Positions 12,491 to 24,700 of a stretch of DNA of 64,000 bases are shown here, piece by piece. How positions within the stretch are numbered: the stretch's first letter is position 1; every line of letters starts with the position of its first letter. The notes beneath the pieces were generated by a model. That model was not told the DNA's origin. It did no database searches and was given only the letters and a program-made list of their open reading frames with translations. The DNA comes from Octopus sinensis (lineage: Eukaryota): assembly GCF_006345805.1 (NCBI RefSeq), contig NC_042999.1, positions 23,312,001 to 23,376,000 of the forward strand, given 5' to 3'. The position numbers and the translations under genes were made by a program.

Positions 12491-12519
12491 TCAGTCAACT
12501 AATATTGAGTCACTCTCAT
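12491..12519 (-). CDS. HAUS6: HAUS6 terminal coding exon 22 ((D)ESDSILVD*)
   Basis: Long polypyrimidine tract then tgccag|, phase-1 compatible, TGA at 12493-12491. Confidence 0.72.
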
Positions 12520-15500
12520 CTGGCAAGAAAAAGGAAAACAAGAAAATTAAATATCATCATCATCATTTACCATTTGGGATTGGAAAGAAGGTGCATGTAT
12601 TATCGAATGCACATATATTGGGTCGTCCGGAAAGTTCGTGCCGATTTTTAAAGGTCAGATAAAGGTCAATAAATACTTGCCATTACATTTTTAATCAAAC
12701 AAATATGAACCATTTTGTAGCACAATGCGTCTCCATCTTTCCTTTAACTTGAAAATACCCTCTTCCCAGAATTGAGGAGGTTTCATGGCAAAGAATCCAT
12801 CAAAGTATCTTTTTACGTCATCCAAGGAATTGAAATTTTTCCCATTAAAACTATTCTGCAGAGACCTGAATAAGCGGAAATCCGAAGGAACAATATCTGG
12901 TGAATATGGAGGGTGGGGTAACACATCCCAACCGAGCTGCAGCAATTTTTGTCTGGTTCCCAAAGCACCAAGTGCCGAAAATGAACTTTCTTATCTTCCA
13001 TTTTAAAGGGTTACAGAATTAACACAGGTGATAGGAACATAAACCTTCTTCTATGAAAAGATAGCTTAAACTGTGCTCTAAATGGAGGTGTAGTCAAATC
13101 CTATTTTATGGACTCAACCATGCTCTAAAATAAGTCGAAATGTAAGCTACTGTAAATCGGCACGAACTTTCCGGACAATCCAATACAATATATATGCTTT
13201 GCTTGTTTGCTGGTTGGCTGCGAATAGATGCAGAGGAGATGACTCTCTCAAAGTGTTGGATGTTAAAACAACTGAAAGTCAGCCAAAGGCAAGTGAAACA
13301 ACTCACCCCAAGTCCCTTTCAAGAGCGATGGACATTGATATTTCACCATTCTTGTGGCTTATCAACATCATGTACCTGAACCGAACCTGATGCAAATTGA
13401 ATAGCCTATTTGTAAAATAGTGTAAAAACCATCTGCTGGTATGCCCCGATGATGTTTGCATAGGAATAAATTCAAATATGAATAAGAAGCTTGCGAAGGA
13501 CCTGTTGGGGCAAGTGAAATCGAAATTGAACCAAATTCGATGACTGGCACCCGTGCCAGTGGAGCGCTAACAGCTCCATCCAAGCGGGATCACTGCCAGA
13601 GCAGCTGTCTGGCCCGTGAAGAGCACCATTTGAGCGTAATCATTGTCAGTGTCGCCTCACTGGCACTTGTGCCAGAGGCACGTGAACAAAACATTCAAGC
13701 GAGGTCGTTGCCAGTGCTGCTGGACTGACTCCTGTGCAGGTGGAACGTAAAAAACACCATTTTCGAGCGTGGCCGCTGCCAGTACCGTCTAACTGGCCCT
13801 CGTGCCGGTGGCACTTTAAAAGCACCCACTACACTCTTGGAGTGGTTGGCATTAGGAAGGGCATCCAGCTGTAGAAACTCTGCCAGATCAGATTGGAGCC
13901 TGGTGTAGCCATCTGGTTCGCCAGCCCTCAGTCAAAATTGTCCAACCCATGCTAGCATGGAAAGCGGATGTTAAACGATGATGAGGAGGATGATGATGCA
14001 TGAGTGTTGTAACATTATTGAATTCCTCTAAGGGATTATCAGCAGACCTCTCACCCTGATTAAAATAACAGGGATCAATTTTGTGTGTCAAACTGTTGGC
14101 GAGTCAAATGAGACTCAAATTCATATTAGAGAATAAAAACTAAATACTTAGATGCATTTTGAGAGAAAAGAAAAAAAATCTCACCTTCTAGTGGTTTATC
14201 AGACAGTGATAAACGAAAACTTCTTTGTTCAGAACAAGTGGGGGTGGTTTCCACGGAGCCAGGCAATGATACTGAAAGAGAAGATTTTAAATTGAGGATT
14301 AATCAGAAGGTAGCAGCAGAGTTTCATTAACTCTTTAGCATTTAAACCAGCCAAGATATTCTACCTATTTAATGCTCAAATGGACCAGATCCAGCCTCTC
14401 ATATCCACCCAGCAATGTCATTCTAATAATAAATAATATGTGCCAATCTCTGTGGAGGGAACCTGTGGAAGAAGTAGACCCAGGAAGACATGGGACAAGG
14501 TGGTGAAGCATTATTTTTGAGCATTAGGCCTCATGGAGGCAATGGCAAGTGACCAAGACCTTTGGCAATATGATGAGCTTGAGAAGACTCATCAAGCCAA
14601 GTGAAATCGTAGTTGTGGCCGATGCAGGTGTCACGTAACAGGCACCAGTGCCAGTGGCACATACAAAGCACCCTTCAAATGTTGGGTCTCATGGAGGCAA
14701 TGTTAAGTGACTGAGACCTTTGGTGTGATCTGCTGTGCTTGAGAAGACTCATCAAGCCAAGTGAAATCGTAATTGTGGTCAATGCTGGTGTCATATAAAA
14801 AGCACCCATTACACTCTTGGTGTGGTTGGCATTAGGAAAGGCATCCAGCTGTAGAAACCACGCCGAGTCAGATTGGAACCTGGTGCAGCTATCCAGTTTA
14901 TCAATTTCAGTCAAACCGTTTAACCCATGCCAACATAGAAAGCAGACGCTAAATGATGATGATGACGATCAATTCACAACAGTGTGAATAAACAAACATT
15001 AGATCTGACAGAGTAGTCTGAATGTTGAAAAGTTGAAGGTTTATTTCTGGGGACAAATATTTAAAACCCTCCACAGCTGTTGTTGCGTTGTTTAGCCTCT
15101 TTCAAACAATCAAACTATGACCATATTCTTTTCTATGCTAAGCACAAGGCCCAAAGTTTTGGGGGAGGAGGCCAGTCAATTAGATCAACCCCAGTACACA
15201 ACTGGTACTTAATTTATCGACCCCAAAAGGATGAAAGGCAAAGTCGACCTCCATGGAACTTGAACTTAGAGCGTAAAGACAAACGAAATACCGCTAAGCA
15301 TTTTGTCCAGCGTGCTAATATTTCTGCCAGCTTGCCGCCTTTAAATATTTTTATAGTTCATTCATTCATCCATTTTTGATGCAATTGGCATGAAGATCAT
15401 CAAAATATAATGTAAAACAAACTTGCTACAACTATACATACATAGTAAGCAAAATACATACACACAAATACACTTTTACTTCTTTCAGTCATTTGACTGT

Positions 15501-15675
15501 GGCCATGCTAAAGCACTGCCTTTAGTCGATCGAGCAAATCGACCCCAGGACTTATTCTTTGTAAGCCTAGTACTTATTCTATTGGTCTCTTTTGCAGAAC
15601 CGCAAAGTTATGGGGATGTAAACACACCAGCATCGGTTGTCAAGCGATGTTAGGGGGACAAACACAGACACACAC

Positions 15676-15709
<34 letters not shown>

Positions 15710-18700
15710 TTTGTATATAGACACATATATACGATGGGCTCCTTTCAGTTTCTGTCTACCAAATCCACTCACAAAGCTTTGGTTGGCCCGAGGCTATAGT
15801 AGAAGACACATGCCCAAGGTGCCACGCAGTGGAACTGAACCCGGAACCATGTGGTTCGTAAGCAAGCTACTACCACACAGCCACTCCTACGCCTTTATAT
15901 AAACATACAAAAACTTTCTCAACAAATTCTGTCTGATCCCATGCAAGCATGGCAACACAAAGGGGCATCACACAACGATATTGGTGGATATAATTTTCGT
16001 GTATATGTATTTATAGGCGTTAGGAAGGGCATCCAACTATAGAAACCATGGCAAAGCTGACACAGCTCAATGCAGTTCTGCAGCCCACTGGATCTTGTCA
16101 AACCGTCCAACCCAAGTCAGCATAGAAAACGAATGCTAAATGATGATAAAGACGATAATGTATATATACAGAAATACATTTAATGTAAACATCATAAATG
16201 TTCCATTAATGTCATTGTCCATTTAGCTTCGTTTTCAAAAATAAATCTCTTACATCCAAGAAATTTCTAAGAGCAAATGTTTTGGCACAACAATTATTTT
16301 CCCAAGCCAACCCCCTTGCTTGCGAAGACATGTTGGGGCAAGCGAAATCGAAATCGAATTGAACCAGCCAGGATCCCTGGTCTGGTGGTACGTAAAAAAG
16401 CACTATCCGACTCGTGGCCGATGCCAGCGCCGCCTCCACTGGCTTCCGTGCCGGTGGCACGTAAAATACACCAATCTGACCGTACAACAGGCACCCATGC
16501 CAACCCCCTTGCTTGCAAAGACATGTTGGGGCAAGCGAAATCGAAATCGAATTGAACCAGCCAGGATCCCTGGTCTGGTGGTACGTAAAAGCACCATCCG
16601 ACTCGTGGCCGATGCCAGCACCGCCTCGTCTGGCTTCCGTGCCGGTGGCACATAAAATACACCAATCCGACTGTGGCCGTTGCCAGCCTCGCCTGGCACC
16701 TGTGCAGGTGGCACATAAAAAGCACCCACTACACTCACGGAGTGGTTGGCGTAGGAAGGGCATCCAGCTGTAGAAACACTGCCAGATAAGACTGGAGCCT
16801 GGTGCAGCCTTCTGGCTTCCCAGATCCCCGGTCGAACCGTCCAACCCATGCTAGCATGGAGAACGGACGTTAAACGATGATGATGATGATCATTGTTTAA
16901 CGTCCGTTTTTCCATGCTGGCATGAGTTGGATGGTTTGACCGAGGTCTGGCAAACCAGATGGCTGCACCAGGCTCCAATCTGATCTGGCAATGTTTCAAC
17001 AGCTGGATGCCCTTCCTGACGCCAACCACTTCATGAGTGTAGTGGGTGCTTTTTATGTGCCACCGGTAGAGGAGCCAGTCAGGTGAGCCTGGCATCGATC
17101 ACGTTCAGATAGTGCTTTTTATGTGCCATATTTATTAACTTATGTTCTATAGTTAGAAGCACAACACAAGTTTTGCATTCATGGCAACTTGACCACACTG
17201 AATGTATGACTCAAACAGAATATGAAAATTTACAGAAACATCAAACCCAAATTGACACAAAAGAACTAATTGGATTTACAGTTCTAAATTCCTTTTTAAC
17301 TTATTCTCTGTTAAAAATAAGGCTGTGTGATAAGTAGCTTGCTTACCAACCACATGGTTCTGGGTTCGGTCTCACTGCGTGGCACCTTGGGCAAGTGTCT
17401 CCTACTATAGCCGCGGCCCGACCAAAGCCTTGTGAGTGGATTTGGCAGACGGAAACTGAAAGAAGCCCGTCGTGTGTATATGTGTGTGTGTGTGTATGTT
17501 TGTGTGTCTGTGTCCCCCACCCAACATCGCTTGACAACCGATGCTGGTGTGTTTACATCCCCATAACTTAGCAGTTTGGCAAAAGAGACCGACAGAATAA
17601 GTACTAGGCTTACAAACAATAAGTCCTGCGGTCGATTTGTTCGACTAAAGGCGGTGCTCCAGCATGGGGTCAACCAAATGATTGAAACAAGTAAAAGAAT
17701 ATTCATGTGTGTGTGTTTGTCCCATCACCACTTGATAAATGGCATTAGTTTGTTTCTGTCCTTGCATGTTAGTGGGTCATTAACAGCACTAGCATTCCAT
17801 CAGATATGACGACGAGGGTTCCAGTTGATCTGATCATCAGAACAGCCTGCTCATGAAGTTAACATGCAAGAGGCTGCGCACTCCACAAATGCATGTACAC
17901 TTAACGTAGTTCTCAGGGAGAGTCAGTGTGACACAGAGTGTGGCATGGCTGGCCCTTTGAAATACAGGTACTATTCATTCTTGCCAGCTGAATGAACTTG
18001 GAGCAATGTGAAAAAAGTGTCTTGCTCAAGGACACAATGCGATACCGAGAATTGAACTCACAACCTTATAATTGTGGTCTGAATACCCTAACCACTAAAC
18101 CATGTGGCTTCACTAATAGGGACCAACGGAATAGGTATCAGACATTAATAAAAAAAAAAAAAAAGCACTAGGATTGATTGGTCAACTTTAAGGTGATGTC
18201 CCCAGCATGACACCAGTCAAATGACTGCAAAAAAAATAAATAAAATGAAATAAAAAAGAAAGGAAAGAAGGAAGGAAGAGAAAGAAGAACCCAGGCTGTC
18301 ACAGGCAAATGGGTTTTAAATATTTTTTATGCTATTTTCTGTGTGTGTGTGTGTGAGAGAGAGAATGTGTAAAAGTTATGAACTTACTTTGGGAATTAGT
18401 TTGACAAAAATCTCGGTCTCCTGAATGGCCAATCAGATTAAGATCTTTCTTTAGAGGGATGTAATAATCTGATTGGTCAATCTCTTCACCGCTACTATTT
18501 GGGCTGCTAGGTTGGTCAAAACGGATGCTGGCATCATCCAAAATACAATCAAAGGGCTCAGCGTTTTCAGAAGAAGCTAATGAAGTGCATTTATTGTTTG
18601 GTAAGGTAAACAGTTCGGTCAAGTCATTTGGGCTGACCGATAGCAGTTTAAAAGATGAATTTGATCGGTTGATTTTGGATTGTGTAGTTGGAGTTTCGAG

Positions 18701-21700
18701 CAATGGAGAAGGTAGAAAGGATGCACTTGAATCAGCAGAACCAGATGAGACATGCGTTGGATTAAGCAAAGGAGAAGAACTTGGATCAGCACAATTTAAA
18801 GAATTTGGTGACAGCAGCGGAAATATGTCACTTTTAGATTCTTCTATGCCACTGTCTGGAAAAATAAAAAAAATTAAAACAATAAATAAATAAAGTGAAA
18901 TTCCTCTCAGTGCTTATACCATTCCCCTGTTCTAAAACCTGAAGAAATATTAATTTCAAATTTTGGCACAAGGCCTGCAATTTTGCGGAGGGGGTAAATT
19001 GATTACATCAGCTCCAGTATTTAGGCGGTACTTATTTAAAATAAAATAAATGCGCCCTTTCAAAGCCAAGCCAGGCTCATGGGCCTGGCTTCCTGGTTTC
19101 TATGGTGTATGTGTTCCCCAGCTGGATGGGACGCTAGTCCATCGCAGCGTTACTCATTTTTGCCAGCTGAGTAGACTGGAGCAACGTGAAGTGAAGCATT
19201 TTGCAAAAGAACACAATGCATTGCCTGATCCAGGAATCGAAACCACAATCTTATGATCATGATGTCGACACCTTAACCACTAAGCCATGCGCCTCCACAG
19301 TACTTATTTTATTGACCCTGAAAAGATGAAAGGTAAAGTCTGTCTTGGTGGAATTTGAACTCAGAACGTAAAGACGGATAAAATGCCACCTAAGCATTTT
19401 ACCCAGTGTGCTAAATATTAAAACCAAAATTAACAAAATAATTTAACTAAGTAGTTTACTGATAACTCAGCAGTTTGGCAAAAGAGACTGACATAATAAA
19501 TACCAAAATCATCATTTAACATTTCTATGCAGGGCCAGCTCAAGGTACCAGCAACTCAGACAGTTTCCTGGGGTGCCATGTGCTAGGGGGCACCAAAGAG
19601 GGCGTGACAAAGACAAGGAAATTGCCACGACTGTCAGCTTGTACACGCCGAAGTTCAGCTTGCCTACGGTGCCAGCATCCCTAGGGCTGGCCCTGTTTCC
19701 ATGTGGGCATGGGATTGACTACTTTGGTATTTCATCATCATCATCATCATCGTTTAACGTCCGCTTTCCATGCTGGCATGGGTTGGACGATTTGACTGAG
19801 GACTGGCGAACCAGATGGCTGCACCAGGCTCCAATCTGATCTGGCAGAGTTTCTACAGCTGGATGCCCTTCCTAATGCCAACCACTCCGAGAGTGTAGTG
19901 GGTGCTTTTACGTGCCACCGACACGAGGGTCAGTCAGGTGGTATTGGCAACGGCCACACTCAAATGGTGTCTTTTACGTGCCCCCTGCACATGATCAGTC
20001 CAGTGGCACTGGCAACGACCTCGCATGAATGTTTTTCACGTGCCACCGGCACAAGTGCCAGTAAGGCGACGCTAGTAACAATCACATTTGAATGGTGCTT
20101 TTTACGTGCCACTAGCACTTAAAAATAATAAACACTAAGGTCAATTTGTTTGATTAAAATCCTCCAAGGCAGTGCCCCAGTATGGCCAGAGTCCAGTGAC
20201 TGAATGCAAAAATATTACTCTACATAAATGATCAGTTGTCTGAATGCATTTGTTGAGCTAATCACTTAAGTTCAAATCCTGCCAAACAATGCCTTTCGTC
20301 CCTCCAGGGGTCAATGAAATGAAATACCACTCAAATACTGGGGTGAATGTAATCAACTGTATCCCTCCCATTCAGAACTGCTGGCCTAGTATCTTAATCA
20401 GAAACCATTATGTGCTACATGTGTGTGTGTGTGTGTGTGTGTGTTTGTGTGTGCGTGAATCAATTTCTTTGGGTTTCATTTTAGTCTTACTTGTTTCAGT
20501 CATTTGACTGTGGCCATGCTGGAGCACTGCCTTTAGTCAAGCAAATCGACCCCAGGACTTATTCTTTGTAAGCCTAGTACTTATTCTATCGGACTCTTTT
20601 GACGAACCACTAAGTTTTCTGACTTTGTAAACATGTCCACGGGTGTTAGACAGGTGGAGTTTGAAAAGGTGCTCAGAGTTATTGTTTGTAAGATGGTTAA
20701 TAATTTTATGGGTGTCTGCCAAGTCAGCTGCCAGACGTCGGAGTTTCAATGTGTCCATGCCCAGGGAAGTAAGGCGTTCAGAATATGGCAAATGCCTGAT
20801 GGAGGGTAATCTCTTGGTTGCACGTCGCTGAACGGCTTCCAGAGGATTAATATCCTGGGCAAGATAGGGGTTCCAAACCGGTGATGCAAATTCCAGGTGA
20901 GGTCGTACCATAGCTATATAAAGCCGCAGATAGATAGCTGGAGAGCGGCTCACAAAGGACCAGGTGAGTGATGCCAAGACACCCTCAGCCTTCTTGGCAA
21001 TTTTAGCGATGTGTTTTGTCAAACGCAAATCGCTGTTGACAATAACACCCAGGTCACGTTCACAAGAAGACTTTTTGAGATTAGTGTTGTGGAGGGAGTA
21101 AGTAGACACTGGGTTTTTCCTCCCAAAATGCATGGTGGTACATTTGTCCATAGCCAGCTTGAGTTGCCAGTACATGATCCACTGCTGCATTGTGTCCAGG
21201 TTTGATTGCGATAGAGAACTATAGTGTACAGGATCTGACCTCTTTATTTCCAGGTACAGCTTGATGTCATCTGCATATTTCAGCACTGAGGCATTCTTTA
21301 AGTTGGCATCTATGTCATTAACATATGCAACAAATAAAAGGGGGCCAAGAACAGATCCCTGTGGTACACCAGATGTCATCTCATAGGGTGAAGAGTGCTG
21401 TCCTAGAACTGTGACAACCTCTTTTCAGCCAATAATGAAGGACTTCAACTAGTTATAGAGATCATCTCTTACACCCATCGCAGAGAGTTTCACCATAAGT
21501 CTTTTGTGTGGCACAGAATTAAAAGCCTTAGCAAAGTCCAGGTAAATGACATCCACTCAGGATCCACGATCAGTGATTTTGGTAATGTCCTCAAGAAACT
21601 CGATGAGTTGATTACAGCTGCTGGAGATAGGAATAAAACCAAATTGTGATGGCTGGATGAGGCTGTGAGACTTCCAGAAATTCCAGAGGGTTTCCCTGAC

Positions 21701-24700
21701 ACAGGATTCCATCAGTTTGGTGATGCAGCTAGTAAGACTAATGGGGCGATACTTGACAGGTGATGCGCGGTCACCTTTTTTGAACAGAGGGATAACACTG
21801 GCAGTTTTCCACTCTGGAGTAATGCCGTTGCCAAGACAGAATTGGAAGAATAGTGAAAGTTGGTTTAGAAGAAAGTACCCAGCGCATTTGAGAAGTAGGT
21901 ATGTAACACCATCGAGACCAGGAGTGGTATAGTTGCGTTTATTCTTAAGGTGGCATTGTAGCATTGCTGGTGTAAATTTCATAGTAGTTATGGAGTCTGG
22001 TGTCAGAGGTGATGGAGATGGAACATTTTGATCTTTGACAGTAAAGATGCCTGCATAGCATCCAGCAATGATTTCTGCACATTCTTTGGGATTGCCAGTA
22101 ATCTGCCCTGCGTGGGGTTTGCGAAGGGGACCAACTGGAGAATGAGGTTTCTGCTTTGAGTGCACATACTTCCAGAACACTTTGCTGTCAGGATTGGTTG
22201 CAAATGCGTTGTTCAAATTCAAGCACTGCCTTTTTTGTCACCTGCTTGAGGTGGTTGGCTGACCTATTGCGCTTTTTCCTGTTGCTCTCTTATTTGTGCA
22301 ATTTGTATTCCTGTTCAGCATTACGGCGTTCTTTCCTGGCAAGTCGGACTGCTGCAGTCTCCCAAATTGCACTACTGGGTGGTTTTTTGTGCTTGCGTGG
22401 TACCGATGCCGCACATATTGAATTTAGAATGTTCTGGAGTATAGTGTTCACATCTCCAGAGGCATAAAATACGAGCCAGTTTGGGCATCACAGCTTAGTA
22501 CAATAAGAGCTCCAGTCCACTTTATTCCAGTCAAAGCGGGCAGTTTGAAGATGGTTGTAGTTTTTCTTACAACCAATCAATGGTATCACTGCTTGGAACT
22601 GCTTGAATGCTCCGAATGGTGCTCGAAAAATAAGCGGTGTTACCTTAGTTTAGTGGTAGTGAACAACTGACACTGTAGTACATCTCCAGCTTTAGAAGCT
22701 GTACAAAAACAATAAAATAATAATAATACCTTTAGGCAACATTAGCTTCTGGTGTTTTGGTGGCTTTACTGGACTGCGAGCTAATTTGTCTTTTGATTGG
22801 AAAGCATCCATAGCTGTAAAGAAAAGAAATAAATTAAAAATTATCGTTTGCATTTTATGTTTGTTTTTCTACGCTGGTATGGGTTGGACAGTTTTCCTGA
22901 GTCAGATTGCCCTTCTTGCAGTCAAACCTTTAGTCACGACTAATAACACACAGGGGATGCGGCGTACCTATTCTAGAACTGGGACACTACAAAGTAACTT
23001 AAAAAGGAAACCAAAGAAATAAAAACAAAAAATATTGTGGATCCACAGTAGTTTTCTGAGGGCCCCTGAAAAAATTTTGCTTTCGATATATGTATTGGTA
23101 TGTATTGCAAGAAACAGCTAGGTTTCTTTCTCTAACATTTTTACATAGTTCAACCTACATAAGTTCCCTCTCTCTCTTTCGGAGAGGCACTGAGCAGCTA
23201 TACGCACACATATACACACGGCAGTAACTTCCACCTACCGAATTCAATCACAGGTTAATGTGTGAAAAACAAAATAGGAATTTTGGAAGAAGCATCTATA
23301 AAACTAGTTTTTAAACATTGAATGGCTATGGGGACCCACCAGAATAAAATAGTAATCAGAGGGGTCCATAGATGAAAAATGGCTGAAATACATCATCATC
23401 ATCGTTTAACGTCCGTTCTCCATGCTAGCATGGGTTGGACAGTTCGACTGGGGATCTGGGAAGCCAGAAGGCTGCACTAGGCTCCAGTCTTATCTGGCAA
23501 TGTTTCTACAGCTGGATGCCCTTGGTCTAGAATTATGCTTAGTTGGTTGGCCGCCTGCTGTAAATAATTCTGCTCAGTCAAAGCCAACTGGCCTATAGCT
23601 ACAAAACAATACCATTATTATAACAGAGAGGCAAGTGAAATCAAAATCAAATTCGATGACTGCCATCCATGCTAGCGGGGTGCAAAGAGCACCATACGAG
23701 GGTGATCGTTGACAGAGCAGCTATCCGGCTTCCGTGCCAGTGGCACATAAAAAGCCACCTTTTAAGTGTGATCGTTACCAGGATCGCCTTACTGGCACCT
23801 GTGCTGGTGGCATGTGTAAAAAGATTCGAGCGAGGTCTTTGCCAGTATCGCCTGACTGGCTCTGTGCTGGTGGCACGTAAAAAGCACCCACTACTTTCTT
23901 GGAGTGGTTGGTGTTAGGAAGGGCATCCAGCTGTAGAAACTCTGCCGGATCAAGATTGGAGCCTGGTGCGGCCGTCTGGTTCGCCAGCCCTCAGTCAAAA
24001 TCGTCCAACCCATGCTAGCATGGAAAGCGGACGTTAAACGATGATGATGATGAGTGTTAGTAAGGAAATGTTAATGGTATACATACACAAAGCTTCTGTA
24101 ACATCTTGAAGGTCAGCATTTCCACCAGTTTTGTAACAATCGACGACCTGTAACGAAATAAACAAAACAGATGACTTCTACCACCACCACCACCTACACA
24201 ATTACAATTTGTTCAATCGTAGTGACAAGCCAGTATAATATTTAACGTTTTATCTACAATGGGAGTCCCTAGTAACTCACCATGCTATATTCCTAAGATA
24301 CCATGGGGATCACTGGTGATTCTCAATGGTGACGATTTTTTTTGCAGTGGTTTAAACTACATCATCATCATCATCGTTTAACGTCCGTTTTCCGTGATAG
24401 CATGGGTTGGACGGTTCGACCGGGGTCTGGGAAGCCAGGAGGCCACACCAGGCTCCAGTCTGATCAGGCAGTGTTTCTACAGCTGGATGCCCTTCCTAAC
24501 GCCAACCACTTCGTGAGTGTAGTGGGTGCTTTTTACGTGCCACCGCCACAGGTGCCAGGGGGGATCTGGCAGTGGCCACTCAAGGCGGCGCTGGCATCGG
24601 CCACGTTTGGATGGTGCCTTTTATGTGCCACCGGCACAGGTACCTCAGCTACAATTTCCATTTGATATTTATTTTGATGTTGATGTACTTGACTCAATAG

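Noticed and set aside
13307-13405. Exon-like stretch with a GTGAGT donor in the last HAUS6 intron
   Set aside because: Every phase-1 compatible acceptor leads to an early stop and there is no homology support.
16212-17095. Long overlapping ORFs of 143-230 aa
   Set aside because: They run through GC-richer family C repeats in several frames with no protein motifs; repeat-derived artefacts.
18525-18893. 122-aa + strand ORF
   Set aside because: Antisense shadow of HAUS6 exon 20.
22644-22698. Exon-like segment (tacag|...|gtaaca) just after HAUS6 exon 19
   Set aside because: It would need a 31-nt intron and ends in phase 2, while exon 19 (phase 1) joins exon 20 in frame directly.
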